The notes beneath the pieces are model-generated. The model searched no databases, was not told the DNA's origin, and saw only the letters and a list, made by a program, of their open reading frames with translations. Shown one piece after another: positions 12,701 to 24,900 of a stretch of 64,000 nt of DNA. Origin of the DNA: Macrostomum lignano (taxonomy: Eukaryota); assembly GCA_002269645.1 (NCBI GenBank), contig NIVC01000343.1:39755-103754 (forward strand), in the 5' to 3' direction. The position numbers and the translations under genes were made by a program. Position 1 is the stretch's first letter. Each line of letters begins with the position of its first letter.

Positions 12701-15700
12701 AGAGTAGAGAGTGACTAGAACTGAGACTAGATAGAATAGAGAGTGACTAAAATGAGACTAGATAGAGTAGAGACTGACTAGAACTGAGACTAGATAGAGT
12801 AGAGTGACTAGAACTGAGACTAGATAGAATGACTAAAATGAGACCAGATAGAGTAGAGAGTGACTAGAACTGAGACTAGATAGAGTAGAGAGTGACTAGA
12901 ACTGAGACTAGATAGAATAGAGAGTGACTAAAATGAGACCAGATAGAGTAGAGAGTGACTAGAACTGAGACTAGATAGAATAGAGAGTGACTAAAATGAG
13001 ACTAGATAGAGTAGAGACTGACTAGAACTGAGACTAGATAGAGTAGAGTGACTAGAACTGAGACTAGATAGAGTGACTAAAATGAGACCAGATAGAGTAG
13101 AGAGTGACTAGAACTGAGACTAGATAGAGTAGAGAGTGACTAGAACTGAGACTAGATAGAATAGAGAGTGACTAAAATGAGACTAGATAGAGTAGAGAGT
13201 GACTAAAATGAGACCAGATAGAGTAGAGAGTGACTAAATGACACTAGATAGAGTAGAGTGATGAGTAGAGTGGTGATTGAGACTAACTGAGACCAGATAG
13301 AGTAGAGAGTGACTAGAACTGAGACCAGATAGAGTAGAGAGTGACTAAAATGAGACCAGATAGAGTAGAGAGTGACTAGAACTGAGACTAGATAGAATAG
13401 AGAGTGACTAAAATGAGACTAGATAGAGTAGAGAGTGACTAAAATGAGACCAGATAGAGTAGAGACTGACTAAATGACACTAGATTGAGTAGAGTGATTG
13501 AGTAGAATGATGATTGAGACTAATTGAGGCTAGATAGAGTAAAGAGAGGTCAGCTGTGAGAGGCCAGTTGCTAAACAAATCAGTAGACAGGTGAAAGTGG
13601 TAGGTAGGCAGACAGCTGATGCTGCTAATAGCCCGGCCGGTCTCACCGCCTGCAGGTTCCGTCCGGCCTGTTCATCCCGTCCCTAGCTGTTGGCGCCATA
13701 GCCGGTCGCGTCCTTGGCAACCTGCTAGAACAGGTGGCCGTCTCCAACATGGAGGCCTTCCCGTTCCGCCTGTTCTGCCGAGTCGGCCAGCCGTGCATCA
13801 ACAGCGGCCTGTACGCCATGATCGGGGCTGCCGCGGCTCTGGGCGGAGTGACCAGAATGACTCTGTCTCTGGTAGCCATCATGCTTGAACTAACGGGCGG
13901 CCTGCAGTACATTGTGCCACTAATGATAGCGGCTGTCACATCCAAATGCGTTGGCGAAGCCATCACTAAGCACGGTATCTATGAGGAGCACGTCCGGTTG
14001 AACGGCTATCCGTTCCTAGATAATAAGGACGAGTTCACGCATACCACTATAGCCGCAGACATTATGCGGCCCAGGCCTGGCGAACCGGCGCTTAAATTAC
14101 TTTATCAAGACTCTATGACTGTGGAAGCTGTGGAACGTCTGCTAACTAACTCCGATGTTAACGGCTTTCCTATTGTTGTTTCCGAGCATTCGCACTATTT
14201 GGTTGGCTTTGTTACTAAGCAGGAATTGGCTTTGGCAATTGGTGAGAAATTCTCTCTTCGTATTGATTATAATAAGCATGGATCCCATTGATCACAATGG
14301 CATATTGTGTCTATGGTTGTGGAGTCAGCCAATGGCATATTGTGTCTATGGTTGTGGAGTCAGCCAATGGCAGATTGTGTCTATGGTTGTGGAGTCAGAC
14401 AATGGCATATTGTGTCTATGGTTGTGGAGTCAGCCAATGGCATATTGTGTCTATGGTTGTGGAGTCAGCCAATGGCAGATTGTGTCTACGGTTGTGGAGT
14501 CAGACAATGACAGATTGTGTCTATGGTTGTGGAGTCAGACAATGGCATATTGTGTCTATGGTTGTGGAGTCAACCAATGGCATATTGTGTCTATGGTTGT
14601 GGAGTCAGCCAATGGCATATTGTGTCTATGGTTGTGGAGTCAGCCAATGGCAGATTGTGTCTATGGTTGTGGAGTCAGACAATGGCATATTGTGTCTATG
14701 GTTGTGGAGTCAGCCAATGGCATATTGTGTCTATGGTTGTGGAGTCAGCCAATGGCAGATTGTGTCTACGGTTGTGGAGTCAGACAATGACAGATTGTGT
14801 CTATGGTTGTGGAGTCAGACAATGGCATATTGTGTCTATGGTTGTGGAGTCAACCAATGGCAGATTGTGTCTATGGTTGGGGAGTCAGCCAATGGCAGAT
14901 TGTGTCTATGGTTGTGGAGTCAGCCAATGGCAGATTGTGTCTATGGTTGTGGAGTCACACAATGGCATATTGTGTCTATGGTTGTGGAGTCAACCAATGG
15001 CAGATTGTGTCTATGGTTGTGGAGTCAACCAATGGCAGATTGTGTCTATGGTTGTGGAGTCAACCAATGGCAGATTGTGTCTATGGTTGTGGAGTCAGAC
15101 AATGGCAGATTGTGTCTATGGCTGGGGAGTCAGCCAATGGCAGATTGTGTCTATGGTTGGGGAGTCAGCCAATGGCAGATTGTGTCTATGGTTGTGGAGT
15201 CACACAATGGCATATTGTGTCTATGGTTGTGGAGTCAAACAATGGCATATTGTGTCTATGGTTGGGGAGTCAGTCAATGGCAGATTGTGTCTATGGTTGT
15301 GGAGTCAGACAATTGCAGATTGTGTCTATGGTTGAGGGGTCAGCCAATGGCAGATTGTGTCTATGGTTGTGGAGTCAGACAATGGCAGATTGTGTCTATG
15401 GTTGTGGAGTCAGACAATGGCAGATTGTGTCTATGGCTGGGGAGTCAGCCAATGGCAGATTGTGTCTATGGTTGTGGAGTCAGCCAATGGCAGATTGTGT
15501 CTATGGTTGTGGAGTCAGCCAATGGCAGATTGTGTCTATGGTTGGGGAGTCAGTCAATGGCATATTGTGTCTATGGTTGGGGAGTCAACCAATGGCATAT
15601 TGTGTCTATGGTTGTGGAGTCAAACAATGGCAGATTGTGTCTATGGTTGTGGAGTCAGCCAATGGCAGATTGTGTCTATGGTTGTGGAGTCAGCCAATGG

Positions 15701-17547
15701 CAGATTGTGTCTATGGTTGTGGAGTCACACAATTGCAGATTGTGTCTATGGTTGGGGAGTCAGCCAATGGCAGATTGTGTCTATGGTTGTGGAGTCAGCC
15801 AATGGCAGATTGTGTCTATGGTTGGGGAGTCAGCCAATGGCAGATTGTGTCTATGGTTGGGGAGTCAACCAATGGCAGATTGTGTCTATGGTTGTGGAGT
15901 CAGCCAATGGCATATTGTGTCTATGGCTGTGGAGTCAGCCAATGGCAGATTGTGTCTATGGTTATGGAGTCACACAATTGCAGATTGTGTCTATGGTTGG
16001 GGAGTCAGCCAATGGCAGATTGTGTCTATGGTTGTGGAGTCAGCCAATGGCATATTGTGTCTATGGCTGTGGAGTCAGCCAATGGCAGATTGTGTCTATG
16101 GTTGTGGAGTCACACAATTGCAGATTGTGTCTATGGTTGGGGAGTCAGCCAATGGCAGATTGTGTCTATGGTTGGGGAGTCAGACCCCACACAGTTACCA
16201 TGTTCATATATTTCTACTGCAAGTAGTATTGAACATTGACGCTAAAAAAGGATTAAATTATCAATCCAATTTGCGCAAATTTATTCAAGAGTATTCGCGC
16301 AAGCACGAGGACGGCATAGTAAGCGAGTCGCTGGTGTACTTTACCGAACGTCTGACCCACGGCGGCGACGCCAGACGGTCGGACCAGCCGCCTGAGCTCA
16401 AGCTGAGACGGGTTGTTGACTTGGTATGTACTGCAATTTGCCGCACAAACATAACGTTAAAGTACAGGAGTTCACAACTAGATTTTTCACAAATTAGCCG
16501 CTTCGAAAACAAGACATTTCACAAACTAGACACTTCACAAACTAGCCACTTCACAAACGAGATATTTCACAAACTAGTCACTTCACAAACTAGACACTTC
16601 ACAAACTAGACACTTCACAAACTAGACACTTCACAAACTAGACACTTCACAAACTAGACATTTCACAAACTGGACATTTCACAAACTAGTCACTTCACAA
16701 ACTAGTCACTTCACAAACTAGTCACTTCACAAACTAGTCACTTCACAAACTAGACACTTCACAAACTATTCACAAACTAGACATTTCACAAACTATTCAC
16801 AAACTAGACATTTCACAAACAAGACACTTCACAAACTAGACACTTCACAAACTAGACACTTCACAAACTAGACACTTCACAAACTAGTCACTTCACAAAC
16901 TAGACACTTCACAAACTAGACACTTCACAAACTAGACACTTCACAAACTAGACATTTCACAAACTGGACATTTCACAAACTAGTCACTTCACAAACTAGT
17001 CACTTCACAAACTAGTCACTTCACAAACTAGCCACTTCACAAACGAGATATTTCACAAACTAGTCACTTCACAAACTAGACACTTCACAAACTATTCACA
17101 AACTAGACATTTCACAAACTATTCACAAACTAGACATTTCACAAACAAGACACTTCACAAACTAGACACTTCACAAACTAGACACTTCACAAACTAGTCA
17201 CTTCACAAACTAGACACTTCACAAACTAGACACTTCACAAACTAGACACTTCACAAACTAGACACTTCAGAAACTAGACACTTCACAAACTAGCCACTTC
17301 ACAAACTCGAGTGTTAACTGACTCAATAAAAGTGAATAATTTCAATGCAAACCGCTTCCAGTCGCCAATCACAGTGACAGACCAGACTCCAATGGAAGTT
17401 GTCCTGGAGATGTTTCGAAAGCTGGGCCTCAGACAGACTCTGGTGACGCACAATGGCCGTCTATTGGGTATTATCACGCGAAAAGATGTGCTGCGGCATA
17501 TTGAATATCTGCACAATATTGATCCGCACAATTTACTCTTTAACTGA
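7636..17547 (+). CDS. CLCN3: CLC-family H+/Cl- exchange transporter, ClC-3/4/5-like. Predicted exons 7636-7825, 8213-8338, 9093-9326, 9413-9561, 10002-10985, 13656-14241, 16290-16423, 17362-17547 (862 aa)
   Basis: All junctions are GT-AG and phase-consistent (2589 nt). Motifs: [20 protein letters not shown] (gating Glu), [10 protein letters not shown] (proton Glu), GLFIP, two CBS domains, C-terminus DPHNLLFN. The first two exons are less certain. The symbol denotes the CLCN3/4/5 clade. Confidence 0.93.
8410..8960. repeat. 29-bp intronic minisatellite (CTTCAGCTGTCTGCAGCCTCCTTCCGGAC)
   Basis: Period 29; lies in CLC intron 2; produces ORFs 8297..9007 and 8400..8972. Confidence 0.95.
9585..9910. 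repeat. (TCTG)n degenerate microsatellite
   Basis: Seen directly, in the CLC intron after exon 9413-9561. Confidence 0.95.
11040..11420. repeat. Degenerate 10-bp TTAGGTCNNT array
   Basis: TTAGGTCGCT/TTAGGTCTAT/TTAGGTTGCT units just after donor 10986. Confidence 0.85.
12060..13530. repeat. 32-bp minisatellite (CTAGAACTGAGACTAGATAGAGTAGAGAGTGA) with a duplicated variant block
   Basis: Period 32 (12063, 12095...). A variant cassette recurs at ~12580, ~13240 and, degenerately, ~13475. Confidence 0.95.
14290..16190. repeat. 35-bp minisatellite (AATGGCAGATTGTGTCTATGGTTGTGGAGTCAGCC)
   Basis: Period 35; fills CLC intron 14242-16289; nearly stop-free on +, hence ORFs such as 14288..16609. Confidence 0.96.
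16500..17310. repeat. 16-bp minisatellite (ACTAGACACTTCACAA)
   Basis: Period 16 in the last CLC intron. Confidence 0.95.
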
Positions 17548-18698
17548 TCAATATCGTCGCGCTTTTCTTCTTATTGAGTAAGTGCCCCTGCTTTCAATTG
17601 AAAATTTGCTTCTTATGTAATCTTTTGTGTTAGAGTTTTATTTTTTCTTGTTGTACTATTATACTACTGAATTGCTGTAACAAATGGCTTATATGGTAGT
17701 AGTATATAAGGAATATATTTTACCGTATAAATTTATTGTTGTTTTTTCTTGCGAACCGTATTATTCCAAGGAGTCGTTAACGCTATTTTGTCTTCTTGTA
17801 TTGTGTCATTCGATGTTTGCTATTGTGGTGCAGTGCGCACGTTTCTTGGAAATGCATTACCGACATATGGCCGATTGATTTCTTATAAAATTGACATGAG
17901 TTTTTGTTCAATATAAGCTAGCTATAAGCATTGACAAGCTTTCAAAAAAATTCCAAGAAGCAAACTACTTGTATACGCGTAATTTTCTAAAATAATTTTA
18001 TCCGTTTGTTTTTGTTTTTGGAAGTGGCCAAACTACTTAATACAAAACATTCTGTAGTAATTGTAGTAGCTATATTGTATTAGTAATATTACTACTGCGC
18101 GCTAGGGACCAAAGATAAAGATATAGGCATAAAGATAGAGAATTAATACGGTTGTAAACTATTTGCTGTGTAATGGCGTTTAACTTTGCGTTTTTGTCTG
18201 TGTTTTCTGCAAATACATGTTTTTGAGAGTTGGCCTACTTACATAAGTAGTATGTTGAAACAGTAAAATTAAGATATTTAGCATTTTACAAGCCAAATCT
18301 AAGAAAGTCTGTTCTTGATTAATTTCTAAGAAAACATGGTTTAATTCCCAATGTACTCAACTAGTGTGGAGCTTACTGATATGATAGATTATGCATTCTG
18401 ATGATTCCATATTATATATTAATTTGTTTATGCGCTATTAGTGTGGAGTATTGATTTTTGTTAGCGATATTTTTTCGACTGGGAAAATAGACAGCTTTCA
18501 ATACTCGAGTGTCCATTTTAACAATAACAATGTTGCTGTTCTGAACTTTTAGCTTTCGCTTTTTAATTCTCTGCATTTGCTTCCTTTGTTATACTGGTGG
18601 GTTACGAGTTAAGCAGAGTTGGCCGCGGTTAGTATGAAGATACTAAATAGACTCTAGCTTTAGTTTAACGCCATGCTGTGATTGTACAGAATGTACAG

Positions 18699-18704
18699 AA
18701 TAAA
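18699..18704 (+). terminator. Candidate poly(A) signal of the CLC gene
   Basis: First AATAAA I can find after the CLC stop at 17547, ending an AT-rich 3'UTR-like region. Confidence 0.5.
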
Positions 18705-18970
18705 AGTACAAGCTGCACCCGGTTTAAGAGGGGAGTGATTTGTTCGGCCATAAGACCTAAATGTCACAAAGCATAAAACTTCTTAAGACCTAAATTTCAT
18801 AAGATCTTAATTTCATCAGACCTAAATTTCATAGCGCCTAAACTTCTCAAGACCTAATAGACCTAAATATTTTCGGCGATGCAAACTTTCGGGCTTGTGA
18901 TGACTGCGCCCTGTTTAAGAGAGCCTAGTAGCGGTAGTAACTAAGGAACCTCCCTGTTGCACGCCTTCAG

Positions 18971-21900
18971 CTCCGAATAGCCGCTTTGAACGCGGCGCCG
19001 CCGCAGGCGCCCACAAGCTCGGCGTCATCGGCATCTGGAGCTGTGCAGGCCAAGCAGCACCATCAGCATAGCAACAAGCAGCAGCACAGGCACCAGTCAA
19101 ACCATGCCTCATCGTCGGCTAATTCCTCCGCTATGGATGAATCTGCTGTCGCGTCGGGCACTCGCGAAACCGAGGAGGCGCTTGTGACGCGCAGTTTTCA
19201 GCGCGCGCTTGCGCGTCTAGCGCAAATTGGCGCCGGCTCCGGCAGCGACAGCGGCGGCCCCGCAGTTGAAGAGGCCATGCGCTCTCTCGAGGCCATCACT
19301 GCTAGCCGGATCTTCCTTGACGGTCCCGCGGCTGCTCACCTATCCGAGCACCTGCGCCAGATCCTCGCCAGCTGCCACCGTCAGCTCGGTCAGCATCACT
19401 GCTGGGCTAGGCGGTTCGACCTCGCCGTGCGCCATCTTTCAGCCGCTGTCGAGGCCGATCCGCGCGACATTGCGGCCGCCTTTCACCTGGCCTGGTCGGC
19501 CTACCTCAGCTGCGACCTGCGCTTGGCCGCCTCCGCATTGCGCGCCTGTTTGAAATTGAATCCCGACCATCTGCCGGCTCTGGATCTCAGCCTGTCTGTT
19601 GCTTATTGTATGGGCGAGCCAGAGACTTGGCTAGCCGCCTGCGGTCGGCTGCTGGACCGCCTGCCGAGCCACCGTCGGGCGGCCTTCTGCGTTGCCGAGT
19701 ATCTGCGCTGCGCACCGTCAGCTTCAAACTGCCTGCCAGCGGGCTCGGCCCTGGCCAAGCTGGCTGCAGCGATTCAGTTGAAAACTGTAGATGAGAGCGA
19801 GTGGGAGGCTGATAGGAAAGAGTTGATGGCTGTGCGAGCGGAGCATCAGGTGAATGTTTCATCTGTTTATTGGTTCGTCTGTAAGCGTCCAGCTACAGAC
19901 TCATTAGGCTCCAGCTACAGACTCATTAAGCTAATGCTACAGACTCATTAGGCTCCAGCTACAGACTCATTAGGCTCCAGCTACAGACTCATTAAGCTAA
20001 TGCTACAGACTCATTAGGCTCCAGCTACAGACTCATTAAGCTATTGCTACAGACTCATTAGGCTCCAGCTACAGACTCATTAAGCTAATGCTACAGACTC
20101 ATTAAGCTAATGCTACAGACTCATTAAGCTAATGCTACAGACTCATTAAGCTAATGCTACAGGCTCATTAAGCTAATGCTACAGACTCATTAAGCTATTG
20201 CTACAGACTCATTAGGCTCCAGCTACAGACTCATTAAGCTAATGCTACAGACTCATTAAGCTATTGCTACAGACTCATTAGGCTCCAGCTAGAGACTCAT
20301 TAAGCTAATGCTACAGACTCATTAAGCAATGCTACAGACTCATTAAGCTAATGCTACAGACTCATTAAGCTAATGCTACAGACTCATTAAGCTAATGCTA
20401 CAGACTCATTAAGCTATTGCTACAGACTCATTAGGCTCCAGCTACAGACTCATTAAGCTAATGCTACAGACTCATTAAGCTATTGCTACAGACTCATTAG
20501 GCTCCAGCTAGAGACTCATTAAGCTAATGCTACAGACTCATTAAGCAATGCTACAGACTCATTAAGCTAATGCTACAGACTCATTAAGCTAATGCTACAG
20601 ACTCATTAAGCTAATGCTACAGACTCATTAAGCTAATGCTACAGACTCATTAAGCTAATGCTGCCGATACTGCAGGCGCGAACAAATCCACAGTCTGCCG
20701 AAGCAGCTGCCGCGAAGCCGTCAGTGCCGGAACTCGTGCCAGTTAGCCCGACGGAAGCCTCCAATTGGACTGCAATGGCGGCTCTGCTCGAGCAACTGTG
20801 CGCGACTTCAACAGTTGACGATGCAGACAGCTGGGGCAGCTGCCGAGCCTACAGGCTGATCCGCCTGGTGCCCGCAGCGCTGGTTTCGGAGTCCGATGAT
20901 CAGCTGCCTGCTGTCCAGGATGATGAAGCTTCTGAGCCTCCTCCGCCACCTCCGCTGGCTACTCCCGCATCGTCCGCTGAGCTGACCTCGATGGCAAAGT
21001 CTTCAACGGCCAGTCTGGGCCAGGCCTTCCCGGCTGAGCTGCTGTGCAGTCGCCGGTCCAACCGCTTGGCTGCCGCCTCCGCCAATTCCGCTTCCGCTTC
21101 CGCTAGCGGCGGCGGCGACTCGACCGCTGAGGACTCCGACGACGATGACGACGAACTGGCAGCTGCCGCTGGCTCGTCTGACGCCGCCTCGGCTGCCGCG
21201 GCGGTTGCCGATCGACTTCGGCGACTGCTGGACGCCTCCGGCCGCTGCTGCTTGCCCAGCTGCGTTCGCCGACTGTCGGGCGTTTACTTTGCTAGACGCT
21301 ACTGCGCCGGCCGCAGCGGCGGCAGCTCCGACGATGACAACGACAATGACGGCGATTGTGAAGCTGATGCCGCCGCTTCCGCTGCATTGGCGGCTGTCCA
21401 GCTGTTGAGCCCGTTCCGGCTGGACGAGCTCCTTTCTCGACTGTCCGAGTCTGCCGAGCTGTACACCCCGCCGACGCCGCCGCCGTGTTCTGCGGCCTCC
21501 TCGCCGAACAGTTCGAACTCCGCTGGCCCGCTGAATTGCCCGCAGCTTTCCTCCGCCTAAGCGGGCCGCGCCTCGGCATTCTGGCCGACAATCCGAACGT
21601 GTCCGTCAGCGGGTTGCACTGCCTGCCAGCCGAGTCGCTCTGTCTGGTGGCCCTGGCTCACCTGGAGCTCCGATTGGACCGTCGCCGCGTCAAGGATGCC
21701 GCCAATTGGGTGAGCACTGATCTCAGCTGGCCAAATTTGGAGTCTCTGGCGCACTCGATCGCCTGCCTGCTGTTGCGCCTGGCGTCGCCGCCGGCTCGTC
21801 TGCTGCTGCGCCTGGCCTGGGCCCGGCTGCGGCTCTCCGCCGCGTGTCGGCGCGGACTGGACGATCAGGCGGCGTTCGGCTACCTGGCGGCCGGCCTGGA

Positions 21901-24900
21901 CTCGCCGCTGGTCTCGCCCAACTCGCCCGACTGGCCAGTTGTCAACTTGGCGGCTCTCCGTCGGCTGCGTCGGGCAGCCAAATCTGGTCGCGAGTTTGCG
22001 CTGGCCTCCGCTGCCGCTCGGTCGGGCAACTCGGCCGCCGTGGTGGCCGCTCTTCGACCGGCTTTGTACGCTCGCGAGCGCTGCAGCGATGCGGCTTCAA
22101 CTGCTGAAATCAGTGCTGAACGGGCCAGGTGTGACATCTTAGTTAATTAGCTATCTTATCCTGTCCCTGTAACACCTGAACAGTCTTGCCCGTAATAAAA
22201 CCCTTTGAAAAATCCCTAAAATCCCTAAATATTAAGCTGTAACACCCCCAAAATCACTCCTGTATGCCCCCTCCCCCAAAATCATCCTTGTAACACCCCA
22301 AAATCATCTCTGTAACCCTCAAAATCATCTCTGTAACACCCCAAAAATACTCTCTGTAACACCCGAAAAATCATCTCTGTAACCCCAAAACTATCCCTGT
22401 AACACCCCCAAAACTATGCCTGTAACACCTCTCAGAACTATCCCTGTAAACACCCCTCAAAGCCATCCCTGTAACACCCCTCAAAACCATCCCTGTAACA
22501 CCCTCAAAGCCATCCCTGTAACACCCCTCAAAACCATCCCTGTAACACCCTCAAAGCCATCCCTGTAACACCCTCAAAGCCATCCCTGTAACACCCTCAA
22601 AGCCATCCCTGTAACACTCCTCAAAACCATCCCTGTAACACCCTCAAAGCCATCCCTGTAACACCCTCAAAGCCATCCCTGTAACACCCTCAAAGCCATC
22701 CCTGTAACACCCCTCAAAGCCATCCCTGTAACACCCCTCAAAACCATCCCTGTAACACCCCTCAAAAGCATCCCTGTAACACCCCTCAAAGGTATCCCTG
22801 TAACACCCGATCCTTGGCAGGCAAATCTGCGAGATGTTCGTGAGCTCCTGTTACCGCCTCGGCGACCTCGCCCAGTGCTATTCGCACGGCGCCCGCCTGC
22901 TCCGGCTGCTGGCCGCAACCGACGAATCCCGCCCAGTTCGAGCATCAACCGTGGCATTCGCGTTTCGCAATCTGCTGGCCTGCCAGGAGCATCTGGGCGC
23001 CCGGCCAGCCGACTTGGCCGAGACTTGCGCTCAGCTGGCTGCGTGCGCCGATCTCATTGTCCGGTGCCTGCGCCATCGAGTGCCGCTCACAGATGCGGAA
23101 GCTTGGATTTACCTGCACCGGCACTTTGTGTTTTTGATTGAGGAAACTGAGAAGCAGATAAATGACAAGTCCATGGATACTGTACATGTATCTGCCCATT
23201 GCGTTATTGAAGCTGTGGCCGAGGCTGTGGAAGTTGATTCTGATGCAGCTGCTGAGAAGCCCGTGTTGGAAGCTGGAACTGGTCAAGCAGCGGGAGCTGG
23301 AACTGGTCAAGCAGCGGAAGCTGGAACTGGTCAAGCATCGGAAGCTGGAACTGGTCAAGCATCGGAAGCTGGAACTGGTCAAGCAGCGGAAGCTGGAACT
23401 GGTCAAGCATCGGAAGCTGGAACTGTCAACACATCGGAAGCTGGAACTGTCAACACATCGGAAGCTGGAACTGTCAACGCATCGGAAGCTGGAACTGTCA
23501 ACGCATCGGAAGCTGGAACTGTCAACACATCGGAAGCTGGAACTGTCAACGCATCGGAAGCTGGAACTGTCAACGCATCAGACGCTGGATCCGGTCAAAT
23601 GCAGGTCGCAGGCGAAGTTGATGAAGCTAGAATACGCGCGGAGCTGCGGCAGCGTCAGTCCAATCTGCTGGAATCTGCGGGCCGCCTGTTGATTCTGGCC
23701 CACCAGCTGATGCACGAGACGTCGGCGGCGGCGGCGGCGGCGGTGCCAAGTCAGCAGCCTGCCTGCAATGCCGGCTGTCAGCGAAGCGATGGCCGGCTAC
23801 TGCACTACACCGTGGCTAGTCTGGTGCCGCTGCTGCTGCGCCAACAGCCGCCACCGGACCACCCGGCCTACCTGGCCGTTGACCAGGCCTTCCACTGCCT
23901 CTACGGCCTGGGCAGGCGGGGCCGCTACTCCCGCCGCGGCCGGATCCGGGATCATCGATGCGGCGGACCGCCGGTTAGCATCGACTGGGAGACCGGACGA
24001 CACCTGATGCGCTACTATCTGCCGGACAAATTCCCCGAGTTCGATTCCACCAGGCTGGCCTCGCTGCCGGCCGATCTGGAGCGCTGCTTCGACTTGGCCG
24101 CCGCTGGCCTGCCCGACCGGCTGCGTGTTGACGCCAACGCTGTTAACGACTTCCTATTCGGCGGAGTGGACACTTTGCCTGAGTATAATCGGCCGTTGAC
24201 GCCGGATGAACGGTTGACTGCCGATATTCACTACCTGCTGGCCGACTGCTGCCTGAAATCCAACCGCTTCCTGCCGGCTATCAAGCACTATTTGAGGGAT
24301 CTGGCGCTGAGTCCCGACCGCTTCGACTCTTGGGCTGGTGAGTTGGCGGCGATTGCTCATAAACCAACCTGGGAATCGCTCATAAATCAAACCCAGGAAT
24401 CGCTCATAAATCAAACCCAGGAATCGCTCATAAAAAATTAAGAATCGCTCATAAACCAAACCCTGCAGGAATCGCTCATAAACCAAACCCAGGAATCGCT
24501 CATAAACCAAACCCAGGAATCGCTCATAAAACAATTAAGAATCGCTTATATATCAAACCCAGGAATCGCTCATAAAACAATTAAGAATCGCTCATAAACC
24601 AAACCCAGGAATCGCTCATAAACCAAACCCTGGAATCGCTCATAAACCAAACCCTGGAATCGCTCATAAACCAAACCCAGGAATCGCTCATAAAACAATT
24701 AAGAATCGCTCATAAACCAAACCCAGGAATCGCTCATAAACCAAACCCAGGAATCGCTCATAAACCAAACCCAAGAATCGCTCATAAACCAAACCCAGGA
24801 ATCGCTCATAAGCCAACACGCTAATAAACCTGAACATCATTCGAACAGCCAGCCCGTTAATCCTGAAAATAAACAATCGGGATAATACACTGCCCGTATA

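Noticed and set aside
14155-16609. Long Cys/Trp-rich ORFs (up to 773 aa)
   Set aside because: Translations of the 35-bp intronic array in all three frames; the real CLC exons splice around it.
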